Assembly: GCA_964016885.1 (NCBI GenBank)
Contig: OZ024740.1
Span: 253,952,001-254,016,000 of the forward strand
Reading direction: 5' to 3'
Origin: Eledone cirrhosa
Lineage: Eukaryota
DNA length: 64,000 bases
The notes below the pieces were generated by a model, which was not told the DNA's origin, did no database searches, and saw only the letters and a program-made list of their open reading frames with translations. Position 1 is the stretch's first letter. Each line of letters begins with the position of its first letter. The position numbers were made by a program, and so were the translations under genes. This document shows, in pieces, positions 37,398 through 49,399 of this stretch.

Positions 37398-39859
37398 ATG
37401 TGGGGTGGATGTAGAGGGGCTTGCTTGTCTTGATATATTGATCACTGAAATTTGATTTTCTTGTTTGTTTTTTTTTACATATTTTCCCAAATTGTTACTG
37501 AAATCGGATTAATTTCATTTTATTATTCAAAACACAATTTTTGCATTGTCGTCTCCAATTCCATAAAGAAAAAGAAAGGATCTAATTGTTAGATCAGAAT
37601 CTGAGGAAACTACTTTTTTATCTTCTTTTGCTGATACTATCAGCTGGTCACAACTACTTTTCCTGTGACAAGAGGCAAGATTTTAACAATACCACCCACC
37701 ACCACAACAACTATCCATGGGTTGCTACTTTATTTTATTAACTCCTGAAAGGATGAAATGTAAAGTTGACTTCAGTGGGATTTGAAATTAGATTGCAAGA
37801 TTTGGAAGAAATGTTGAGACATGTAATCCGATGCTCTAACAATTCTGCCACTTATGAGAAGACAACATATTACTACAGAATATTAAAAAGATTCATTTCC
37901 CATGCCTTGCCTATTGTAGGTTGTCTTCATCCAGCTTTACAAATACTCAAATAATATGATAAATCACTCTTTTTATAAACATTGTCTGAACTTTAAAAAA
38001 AGAAAAGTGGTTATGATTGCTTTGGGAAAGCTGGGACAATGTAAGTTACAAATACAAAAGTAAAAACTAGAGTAAAGTGAGAAAAACAAAACAAAACAGC
38101 AATTTATTCTTTTACTTTATATTTCGAGGTTAGGAAACTTTTTTCGAAAGAAAGAAAATGGAATATCACAATCCATTTTCTCTTCCTTGGTAAAATATGA
38201 ACATTTAAAGTCTGTTTTCCATGCCTGTATGGGTTAGATGACCTGCTACATCTCCCTCATACAATCCGTATGACTCCAGCACTATCACCTTTCAGGATGG
38301 ACTGAGTGTATTTATCAAATATAAAGTAATAGTGTAAGCTGTTTTTCTTTTTCTTTCTTTACTCTTGTATTTCTAATTTACATTATACCAAATTTTCCAA
38401 AGCAATCCTAACTACATATTTCACAATGCTTAAAAGAAAAAAACAAAACAATAATGCCAACTTTTACTGAAGTTTTAGAGCCATTTTTAAGTTGTAATTT
38501 TGTCTCCTCAAACCATTTGGTATATCCTGTTCTAATTTAGTTGTTTCATCAATCATTTTCAAATGGAAATGGTTTTAATTCATACTTTTAATGAACTACA
38601 AAAAGGTTTTTATGGATCTCATGAATTCACTGGTTTGGTTCTAGTACTTACTGTATATACCTATATAGAAGTCGCACTGACATTTCACATACAATATTTA
38701 CAATACAATGTACCATATATTTTGAATTAAGGTTTTGTAGATCCAGTAGATAAGTTGCTTGTTGATTTTTTTCAAATCGTATTTTCATGGAAAAAGGTGC
38801 AACTTATACACAAGTATATATAGTAATTTAAATACCTTGTAAATCCACTGGACTTAATAGATGGACTGCTCCAATATAGGTTTAACTGGCCTCTTACAAG
38901 ATTGCATATTAAAGGAGGTTTCTTACGATTGGGGTTCCTACCACTAAAGCACCCATCATGTTCTTACAGCCAACATCCATGTAGGTTTAGCTGGCCTCCT
39001 ACAAGATTGCATATTAAAGGAGGTTTCTCAGGTGTTTTAGAAATAGGAACCCGAGTTGTTACAGCTACTGCTGTTGCAGCTATTCAGCTGAGTAGATTGG
39101 AGCAAGATGAAATGAAGTTTCTTGTTCAAGAACAGAATGCACTGCCCACTCCAGGAATTAAACTCACAACCTTAGTCATTAGTCTAACACCCTAATCACT
39201 TGGCCATATGTATTAGCAGTGCAACCAACAAATGCTAAGTTTATCCCAGTTAACATGTAACTTGGTTAACTGGGATATTGAAAACTAGATATATAAACAC
39301 ATAGTTATCAGCACTCTACCCATTGGTCAGCTACTCTGAGCTAGGGTGTTTTGAAACATCCATAAAATATACCAGAAAAATATTCTGAAAAAAAAAAAAA
39401 ACTTTCATTGCCATATTTCTAATGAAAGACACGGTCAATGATTTTCAAATAATTCTAAAAATATTTGACTTTTGGAACATAATTTAAAGGCTCTTGCATA
39501 AAATAATACAATGTTTTTAGATAAATAGAAACAGTTTTGTATCATAGAACCATGGGTAGTTTTGGGTAGTTTGGTATGAAAAGAGTTAAAGGATAACAAT
39601 TTCATGAAAAGTTTAAAGATTATATATAATAAATATGAAGGGAAAAACATATATACACATACTTGGCATGGCAATAAAGTATCTAGAATAGTAGGCCGTA
39701 TATAGCAGTAAATGTAGATAATATTAGTTGGAATTTGAACTTTGTTGTACATGTGTGATATTCTGTATGAATGCTGTATTTTGTCACAGGCTTATGCATA
39801 ATTATTTTGCTGTCATTCTTGTGAATTGCATGTATTATAAATACATGCATTGAATGGAT

Positions 39860-40830
39860 TTAAGTCTAGAAAATTTTAGAATGGAAATGAGGAAAATCAG
39901 CAACAAATATTATTGCACAATTGAAGGCGAGTGGAATTAACAACGTTTCAGCAAATTCAACCTTTTATCATTGGGTGAAACAATTCAAAGATGGCAGTAG
40001 AACATCACTTATTGATGCTCCTCATTCTGGCTGTCCTTGCACAACCGCTATTCATGACAACATTCAATTCATTCAAAGTATTGCTGCAGAACCAAAACAA
40101 TCATTGCGTTGCATTGCTCATGTTACTGAAATAACCAAAGAAATGGTTCGTCAAATTTTAACAGACACCTTTGGTTTATGAAAACTTTGTTCACTCTAGG
40201 TACATGTCTTATCGCCAGCCAACAAACGTGAACGAGTATTGTGTGCATCATCAGTCATTGATCTTTTATCTAACAACAGTATTGAAGATTTGGTGTGAAG
40301 GGTGGCAGTGGAGGATGAAACATGAGTTCTTTTTGACAGTAATCATACAAAACAAGAAAATAAGGCCTGGATTTCGCTATCAGCACCATGTCCATGTGTC
40401 ATTCGACCCATTCTAACCAACCAAAAAACAATGCTGCTTGTCGTATTCATAAGCAATGGCAAGATTGTCATTTCTGTCAAGCCACCTGATGAAACTATTA
40501 CTGCAGAAAAGTATGTTGAATTCGTTAGGAATGTTGATAACAAGTGGCGTACTCTTAGATCATCCCCAACATGTTTGGCTGATTTGTGGTGGATGCATGA
40601 CAATACACGCCCCCACACTGCTTAATAAACAAAAGATTTTTTCGTTAGGTGTTCAAGCAACATCTTTGAAAATTTGTTTTCGCTTCATTAGAAGAGGAGG
40701 TGGATGAATCGTTGCACTGGTTTCAACAATTGCCGAAAGAACGGTTCCAGAAAGAGTTAAATGCTTTGCATAAGCACTGTAAAGATGTTATTGTATTCAA
40801 TGGAGATTGTTTTGCAGAATAAATAAATTT
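39860..40830 (+). mobile_element. Mariner-like transposase pseudogene
   Basis: HTH-like TFYHWVKQFKDG..LIDAPHSGCP; DET remnant; HDNTRPHTA (mariner HDNARPH); multiple stops. Confidence 0.8.
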
Positions 40831-40859
40831 TAGTTTCAATATTTTATGCATTTTTATTT

Positions 40860-41056
40860 AAAGGGTTATTATAAAGACTTTATTGCCACGCCAAGTATAT
40901 ACATGAGTTGCGAAGTCATTGGTGCCGAGCTGTATCGGCCATTGTCTTTCCTTTGGAAAACATCGGTGGCGTGGAGCTTGATATGCATGGGCGACTGCTG
41001 GTCTTCCACAAATAACCTTACCTGGACTTGTGCCTCGAAGGGGGTCTTTACCCTTT
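40860..41056 (+). repeat. Short GC-richer interspersed-repeat fragment, SINE-like 3' end
   Basis: Ends ctttacccttt followed by a microsatellite; family not resolved. Confidence 0.4.
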
Positions 41057-41058
41057 AT

Positions 41059-41091
<33 letters not shown>

Positions 41092-42653
41092 AAGGGCATC
41101 CAGTGATTTGTAAAATGGGTTTCAATGATTAATATATATTGAAATAATTTAGTGAACTAACAATGGAAGGGAGATATTTTGAATATCGCTTACTATATAT
41201 ATATATATACATAGTACTTCAAATGATATTTTTAATACTCAATACATTTGTATACATCTAAATAAAAGATTTTTCTCAATACATCTGATTGTTATTTTTA
41301 TTCCTCATATTTCAGATTGTGGAAGTCTAATTTCATACACACACAACCCATCGATATTTTACAGGTGTATCTTATGTTGTTGTCCCTTTCCTCCCTCACT
41401 AAACATAAAAAAATACAAAGTCAATTATAAAGTAAAAGTTTAGTTTATTATTGTAAACATACACTCTTTTTTTTTAATTGTTGAGTCAATATAAAGTGGT
41501 TGTGTTACACAGAATATACACCTGCTTGATAAACATATCTGCTTGACTGTAATTACTACCAGGTAAAAATGAGATCAATAATTTTAAAGTAAGTTGGTGA
41601 GGATGAAGAGAGAAATAATAAACATTCAACAAAGAGAACTGAAGAAATACAATTACAGAATAAATTGCTCTGAATATATATACACACACTCACACATAGA
41701 TGTGTGAGTGTGTATATATATATACACAGACATATCTCTGTATGTCATAAGCGGCAACTAAAAGGGTTAGTGCTCAGGACATCCAGTTGGAAAACATTGC
41801 CTCAAAATAAGTATGAAACTTGTCATGGGGCCTACATAGCTAACCTAACCCCTGCCTTAAAATGTATATAATATGGGAGGTTTAAACAATAGGAGGAACC
41901 AGGAAGGCAATCTAGCCACAAAAAGGACCCCATGATGAGTATGAAGTATATCTTTAGCCTGCAAGGCTAACCGCTGCCTTAAAAGGCTTTTTGTTTTACA
42001 GTGGGTTAAAATAATTTCAAATGTCAATATGAAAAACTTGTTTCTAAAAATTTCAGTCAACCACATTTTTTAAACAGATTGTTATCAGAAAAATCCAAAA
42101 CATAGTTTCCCAGTATAATCTAAATTGATTTATCAATTTTTTTAAAGCATTTTATCTTAGTAAAATGGATGATGCTATTCTTTAGGATATGGTCTCAAAC
42201 TAAAAATATGGAATTTTAGAAATACAAAATTAAATCAGCAGTATTAGGATTTATTTTCACTCAAACTTAAATGCTCTCAATTCTCAAATTCTGCATATCC
42301 AGTCTAGAATTGGTACACAGTAACTGTGTGTGTCATAAAAGGGTTGACACTAAAAAGGACATCAAACTATATATTATTGGTCTATAAAAGGATCCCATGA
42401 TGAGTATAAAGCCAATCGTGAAACCTGCAAGGCTAACACCTATTGTATCTAATATTTAAATTAACGAGACATAATTTATTTACTTAAACAAATTAGGAAA
42501 ATATTTCATTTTATTGTTAATTCTCCAAGGGTTGTATAACAGACATTTGTATGTATGTTTATATGTTGTTTACTTTTCTCTAAAAAGAAATATAAACAGG
42601 AATGACTTCATTGATATGGAAATATATTATGCGACACCTGTGATTACCTGTAA

Positions 42654-42982
42654 TTATAGTTCATCTTGGAATTTTACGTGGAAGGAATTAAGAATGTTTA
42701 ATCTATCACTGAGTTGCTCCTTCTTTTTGTCGCTTACTTTACCATCTTTTAATTTCTCTACACGCTTCATTTCTGTTGTCAAGAAGTCACTCTTTTCTAT
42801 TAATTTTTTCATTGTTTTAACATAAATTGTGGCATAGCTTTTCTGGATGTCATTTTTATACTTGTTTTTCATCTCTTCAGCTTCAGCCAGAATTGTCTGT
42901 TTCTCTTCAATTGAAGCCTGAGAAAATTTCTTCACAAGAGCATCGTAGTCTTCTAAACAACCAGGCATTCCTAACCAGAGAC
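42654..42982 (-). CDS. ERP29: Endoplasmic reticulum resident protein 29, terminal exon (helical D domain, QDEL)
   Basis: tttcag|GLWLGMPGCLEDYDAL...KVSDKKKEQLSDRLNILNSF..QDEL-TAA resembles ERp29 LGMPGCL..YDAL..LNIL. Confidence 0.95.
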
Positions 42983-44274
42983 CTGAAATTTAATTAAAAA
43001 AATTATGTAAATAGAAAGCTGTCTGGAAGGTCAGTAGCTCTACTTCAGTACTGTCTCGGCCTATGTAGACCTGTCCAGCCCTTGCTAGCAAGTAAAGCAG
43101 ATATTAATGATGATGATGAAAGCTATATGAATTGTATATAATATTTTCTGTCTCCTTTATTATGGATGCATCATAACAGAATGGTTAAGAAGTTCATTTT
43201 GCAATCCTTAGATCCCAAGTTCAATCCTACTATGTGGTAATTGTGTTTACCATAGCCCCAGGTTGACCTGAGCCATGTGAGTGAAACTGGGAAGACAGAA
43301 ACTGTTTGAAAAATAAATCGGATTAACTGATTCTGGCTAAGAATTACATTAAGGATACGTGTGTCAGTGAAATGCTCAGCCACTTGTATGTTAAATCCAC
43401 AAGCAGGCTGTTCCACTGAATAAACAACTGGTTCACTCATCGTCTAAACTGACCGAGGCCTTATTTACCATTTAATTTTCAAATATACCACAAGCAGATT
43501 CATGGCTGTTGGAAAGAAAGAAGTTTATAGGACCTCCACGACTGGTAAGAGGGAGAATGAACAGTATTCTCAAAGCAGAGATCTGTCACAAATACTTAGT
43601 TCTCCTAAAGGCACCTAAGGGCTATATAGCGGAGTTAAACTGGGCAACAGATTAACCCTTTAGCATTTACATTACTCTGTCAAATGCCATGTTTATCTAT
43701 TCACATTATTTTTAGTTTATAGGGGTGGTGGATTGGCAGTATCAGTAGAGGGTCGGACACCATGCTTTGACACATAGAGTTACGGCCTTTGCCATTCTGA
43801 GTTCATATTATTATCTATTTTTACCTGATTTTTGTTTTGTTTTGTTTGTTAAATTTGACTTTTATGGGCAGGTGAAATTAATTAACAGGTGTAAAAGTAA
43901 TGAATTTATGGATAAACACAAAAATTTAAACTTTATGTGCCTATTAGGTTTGTTACAAAAATTATCCAACAATGACCTAGATGTTGACTTCCAACAATTT
44001 TAGTGCTTTTCCAAACAGGTGAATTAATTTAAAATGCAGTTCAGTCTTTCTCTACATTCCATGCAAATATTTTCATTGAAAAAAAAAAGTATAAAACCTT
44101 TTCCCCAGTCAAAATAATATTGGCAATGTACTTTTACTCAATGTACTGGGTAGATTTACATAACAGAATGTGCCCAATATATAAGTTCATTAACAGGTTT
44201 GCAGGTGAATGCATGTTTTTTTGCATATGTGTTACAATATTATTTTATTTAAATATTTTTTTCAATATTGTCAT

Positions 44275-45240
44275 ATAAGAATGTAGGCTTCACATGCAGC
44301 AGCTGTGCTGGGACAGCAAGCAGCAAACAGCCACAGGAAACAAGTACCACCAATCTCTGGGAGGGCTCTGTAGAAACAGTAGACAGCTTCTGCTACCTAG
44401 GTGACCGAATTAGCAGCGGAGGTGGGTGTTCAGAAAGTACAATAACTAGGGTAAGAACGGGATGGAAGAAGTTTAGGGAACTACTACCACTGCTAGCTGC
44501 AAAAGGCTTCTCCCTCAGAATGAAAGGTAGACTGTATGATGCGTGTATCCGAACAGCAATGTTGCATGGTAGTGAGACCTGGGCGCTGAAGGTGGAAGAC
44601 TTACGTAGATTAGAGAGAAACGAAGCCTGCATGCTCCGATGGATGTGTAACAGTATTATACGTGAACGACAAAGCATAAGAGGAATCAAATGCTGTGTGC
44701 AGGAGAGGCGGTTGTGCTGGTATGGACATGTGATGCGTATGAAGGATGACAGCTGCATAAAAAGGTGCAGAGCACTAGAAGTCGATGGAAACCGCGGAGT
44801 GGGGAAACCCAAGATGACCTGGGATGAGGTGATAAAAGCCGACCTTACCCAATTACACCTCTCAAAGGCAATGACACATGACCGTGACCTCTGGCGTCAC
44901 GCAGTAATACAGAGTACCCGACCTCCCATGGGTACAAGCTGAAGCATATAGACAATATGCCCCCCCACCGCAAGGTGGTCGTGGAGGTGCCACGGCAAAA
45001 AAGCACCCAGCCCACACTGTAAAGTGGACGTGTAGGCACCACGGAAAAAGCACCCAGCACTCACGGTAAATGAGGTTGGTGTTAGGAAGGGCATCCAGCT
45101 GTAGAAATCAAGCCAAATCAGTTCCTGTATGAGCAAGGCATGGTCAGCCGACCAGACACTGCCCACAACAGGACAACCCGTCTAACCCATGCTAGCGTGG
45201 AAGAACGGACGTAAAACGGTGATGATGATGATGATGATGT
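44275..45240 (+). mobile_element. RTE LINE 3' fragment with 3'UTR
   Basis: FCYLG, MLHGSETW, RLCWYGHV; UTR with internal repeats and (ATG)n tail. Confidence 0.9.
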
Positions 45241-45259
45241 CAGACAATATTTCTGTCAT

Positions 45260-46870
45260 GGTATTGGCCAAAACACCCTTTACATAATGCCACTTTGCAA
45301 AAGGAACACATAAAAGAGGTTTCAATTTGGTAATCTTTAGCAGTTTTTCTCTTTTGCAAAGGGCACATTCAGCAAACCTTCCTCCCATTAATTTTCTCTA
45401 TTTCATAAAAATCAATATTTTCTTTGTTCACCTCAGATAATTTTAATTTTCTCCCAGCTCTGTGTTTGCGAGAAGTATATCCTCCACGTAGCTGAGATGC
45501 AACGTCCACACAAAATTTCATGTGGCAGTAGACCTTTGGTGATGGTGGATCCTTGTGGCTTTTAGTGAATACAATAAAAAAAATTCACAGTGGTTAGATT
45601 CACAAAAAAACATAAAATCTCCACCATTTCTTTCCAGGACGTTCAACTAGGTAATAGGCACAATACTGGGCGGATTTGTTGACCCCACACATATATTTAT
45701 TATAAGAGAGGTTAACTAAAAGTTTACCTTCAGCCCCAACACCTGGTTGTTGGTTAGAAGATAGGAATAAAATTTGCCATTTGTCTTTGAACATGTACAC
45801 TTTTTGCACCTGAAGAATGTCCCCTCTTTTTTTTAATTTGTTAGTTTTATTTCTTGGGGTAGCCCTTTGTGATTCCCCATCATTGTACCTATTTACAAGG
45901 GCAAGATCCTCTGCCAGAAGCATCGAAGAAAAAAAGCGGTCAAAATCTAAGTGTCTATGTTGAGAGTGGAAGGGTTCAATAAGAGACCATAAAACATTGT
46001 ATCCATTTTTTTCTCTTTCTGTTATATTTTCCCCCTGTGTAAATATCAAAGTTTGCACAGTGGCCTGTGTCCTACTAACAGAGTTCCCACACCTTGATGC
46101 CCCATTTGGTGGGTTTAGCTGGCATATACTGTCTGAAATGTACCCTACCATTATACCCAATCATTGCTTCATCAACACTGAGATTTTTTCTAGGTATATA
46201 TACAGTTTAAAATTTTTCAGATAATATTTTAATTAATGGTTGCACTTTATCTAGATTGTAATTCGATTCATTTCTACCAGGGGTAAATACTGATTTAATT
46301 TCAAATACCTTGTTTTCAGCATAATACTTGATATATAAAGGTAACTAAACCTTATATCAGCGCTCCAGTAATTCCAGTCTTGGAAATTGCTTTATACCGA
46401 ACATAATATTATGGTAAAAAAAATGCTTGAATTTCCGCAGCATCTGTCGGTTGCCATAATAGATCAGGTTTTCCCTAATTTGAAATTTGTTGTTGGGCAT
46501 ATCGACTTGTCTTTTTTGCCACAACTTCAAAGAAAGTTTGTGGCAAAAACAAAACGAAAATAATCCAGTGCTTTAACATCAGGAGGTAATGTGTTGTGGA
46601 CCAGTATTTTGAATAAAATCAGTATCATGTATAGGTGCGGTGTTTTTGACCATGTTGCTGTAACATTTTCAATGATGTCCTGGAGATCTTCTTCGCTTTC
46701 ACTAACAAAACAACAATCATCATCAGATGAAAATTCAGAGATATACATGTCTGATTCATTTGAAGATAAATCACTGATATTTTTTTTTATTTCTTCTTAA
46801 TTTTGAATGTCATCACATGTGAAACCTTCAAAGTTGGTAGCGCTACTTTCACAGGCCATGTTCATACACA
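45260..46870 (-). mobile_element. piggyBac (PGBD-like) transposase remnant
   Basis: Acidic N-terminus, LSVDEAMI, FDRFFSS, YNKYMCGVNKSAQ..YY..KKWWR, Cys remnants at C-terminus. Confidence 0.8.
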
Positions 46871-47116
46871 CAAAAAATCTGTTGTACTTCTAACGTTAAA
46901 AAAAAACGTGTTGTTTCAAGTTTCACTATATTAAGCGTTTTATTTTGCAGTAAAGGCCTTATCCCACAGTAATCTCGAATCAACAAGATTCTGATGATAT
47001 TATTGTTTATTTTTCGAACAATATCTTAGTGTGGGTGCCTTCAGCTAGATTTGGCCGGTTTGATACCCATCTTTTTCCATTTATACCCACCATTATCAAA
47101 CAATATTATTTAGTCA

Positions 47117-47300
47117 TGGATTGGCAGTATCGGTAGAGGGTCGGACGCCATGCTTTCCAGCATAGTTACGTCCCTTTACGATCTAAGTTCAAATCTCGCC
47201 GAGGTTGACTTTGCCTTTCATCCTTCCGGGGTCGATAAAATAAAGTACCAGTAATGCACTGGGTAATTGCTGGCCTTGTGCCTAATGTAGAAACAATTAT
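47117..47300 (+). mobile_element. tRNA-derived SINE
   Basis: Near-identical to the ~15295-15475 copy; attatttagtcat occurs on both sides (TSD-like). Confidence 0.88.
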
Positions 47301-47818
47301 TTAGTCATTGTTATGGCATAGCTTCTATTTCTATTCTAAAACTTCACTTGTTGCATTCCAAACATACTTCCTTAATTAAAATATATTTAACCTTATTGAT
47401 ACCAATGCTCATCCTCTCAAGGAAGCCTGCACAGTGCATGCAGTTCCCCTGAAGTATCTTGGGGCCGTGTTCACGAGTGATGGAAGGCAGGAAGCTGAAT
47501 TAAGTACAAGAATTGCAAAAGTTGGTGAAGTAATGCTTCAGTAATCAGAAGAAGGAGGTAGGTGTAAAAGCCAAACTTGCGAACTGGATCAGTTGAAGAC
47601 AGTTGTTTCTGACAGGACCCGCTGGAAGTAGTGTTTGAGGACTCTTCCCCCACAACCCTACCAGGGAAGAAGAACCCAACCTGCTCAATATTGCATTCAA
47701 TTCCATGAAATAAAACTACCCATTAATTAAAATATTCTAGAAGAAAGTCACATTAGAACCATTATGTTACGAATACTATTTTAATGATAAAATGATTAAC
47801 AATTTTAGTAAATCACTC

Positions 47819-47900
47819 CGGCAGAAGCAGGGGCTGCATGGCTCTGATGATCGCCAACCAGCGTGAAACAGACTGTTAGCTTCTCTCCTTCTTTTTGCCG
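47819..47900 (+). ncRNA. Type I hammerhead ribozyme, copy 1
   Basis: ggct CTGATGA t-cgc-caacca-gcg-t GAAA cagactg TT agct; distal stem I cggcagaag/tttttgccg; predicted cleavage after 47877. Confidence 0.8.
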
Positions 47901-48118
47901 AAAAGAAGTAAGTGACATAGTCACTACTTTAAAACCGATAGTGTATGGTCTTCTAAATATGTTTAATTAATGATACGGTATATTGCCAAATATACTATAC
48001 ATACATTCATGTATGCATCGCTATTTCAGAGCACCAATCCTAATACCTAATTTTTGCTGGACGGGCAATCGCTCTGTATAATCAGCTCCTGATTATTACT
48101 GGAATCCAGTTTCTATAA

Positions 48119-48208
48119 TTTTCGGCAGAAGCAGGGGGTGCGTGGTTCTGATGATCACCAACCAGTGTGAAACAGACTGTTAGCTTCTCTCCCTCCTTTT
48201 GCCGAAAA
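48119..48208 (+). ncRNA. Type I hammerhead ribozyme, copy 2
   Basis: ggtt CTGATGA t-cac-caacca-gtg-t GAAA cagactg TT agct; distal stem ttttcggcagaag/cttttgccgaaaa; predicted cleavage after 48181. Confidence 0.8.
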
Positions 48209-48309
48209 GACATAGTCACTACTTTAAAACTCATAGCAAATGGTCTTCTAAATGTTTTTAATTAAACATACGGTATATCGCCAAATATACTATACATACA
48301 TTTGTGAAA

Positions 48310-48755
48310 AGAATACTTTGCTGATCTCCTAAATCTGATCACAACAGCATCTTCTGATGTACTTGAGGTGCATCTGAGAGTGGTGATTAATCTCTTGGAG
48401 GCTGAGGTTACAAGAGCAGTTAAAGAGCTCAAATGTGACAAGGCTGCTGGGGAAAGATGAAATCCGGCCAAAGTTGTTAAAAGCTTTAAATAGAGAAGGT
48501 ATTCTCAGGCTGATTTGTGTGTTTTGGAAAATCACCTAAGTAATGGCAATCGGGAGTGATAATACTAATTTTCAAAAAGGGAGACAAGAGAAATTGTTCC
48601 GATTACAGAGGGATCTCCTTAAGCCTTCCTGGTAAAGTCTGGCAAAAAGATGCAGGGAGATTGTTGAGTCCAAGCTAGCTGATGAACAGTGCAGTTTTCC
48701 CCCGGACGTAGCACAGCCAACCAAATATTCGCACTGTGTCAGGTCTTGGAGAAAT
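48310..48755 (+). mobile_element. Degenerate RTE (second family) RT fragment
   Basis: KAAG.DEI, IFKKGD..CSDYRGISL, EQC.F remnants. Confidence 0.7.
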
Positions 48756-49399
48756 TATGGCCAAAATTCGAGGATTTTATTTTATAAGCTTCTTGCCCGA
48801 AAACGATCTTCTACTTGTATTTAAACTCTTACTCTTATCACTGTTATATGCCCGTTTAATTATAGTCAGAATTCTAGGATTTTATAAAATAACCTTCCTG
48901 CTCCCTCCTATTCACCCCCCCCCCTATATATCGTATACGCGCCTACTGGTTCTCTCTCAATCCCTTCCTCTCTCTCCAAATATAAAATAAACCTGTTGCG
49001 AGGTACGAAACTCAGAATTTGTCGACCCCTTATTCTTGGCTACATTGCTCGCTCGTTCTTCTGTGAAATGTAATGTACAAATCCTATTTTTTTCTCGTCT
49101 CCCCATGTTCCCGGTCCATTCATCTATCTGTATCATATCGTCCAGAATCCAATCTTTTCTTTTTCAATGCTATTCGTTAATTCTGTCTGATTGTTCAAAT
49201 AATCTTCTTGTATTTTAAAACCCCATAATTCTTCTCTTATTACTGTTATATGCTCGTTGAATTATGGCCAAAGTTCGAGGATTTTATTTTTCGTTCAATT
49301 ATGGCCAAAATTCAAGGATTTTATTTTATAACCTTCTCGCTAACTACCCCAGACCCCCGCCCCCACTCGCCACCATTATTATTTGGACCAATCATAATT

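Larger units (their letters stand above)
47819..48302 (+). repeat. 304-bp tandem repeat (1.6 units), each unit carrying a hammerhead; retrozyme-like
   Basis: 47819-48007 realigns with 48123-48302; core spacing exactly 304. Confidence 0.88.

Noticed and set aside
38876-39030. ~47-bp direct duplication
   Set aside because: Appears to be internal to a degenerate interspersed repeat; no further structure
41675-41722. Hairpin of TA/CA/TG microsatellites downstream of ERp29
   Set aside because: Complementarity is largely explained by dinucleotide repeats
41920-42440. Two copies of a ccatgatgagt..cctgcaaggctaac motif with a C-box-like ATGATGA
   Set aside because: No matching D box or terminal stem; more likely old repeat fragments than snoRNAs
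48754-49345. Four copies of an attatggccaaaattcgaggattttat-like motif upstream of the long RTE
   Set aside because: Irregular spacing and diverged copies, not CRISPR-like; probably a repeat 5' region
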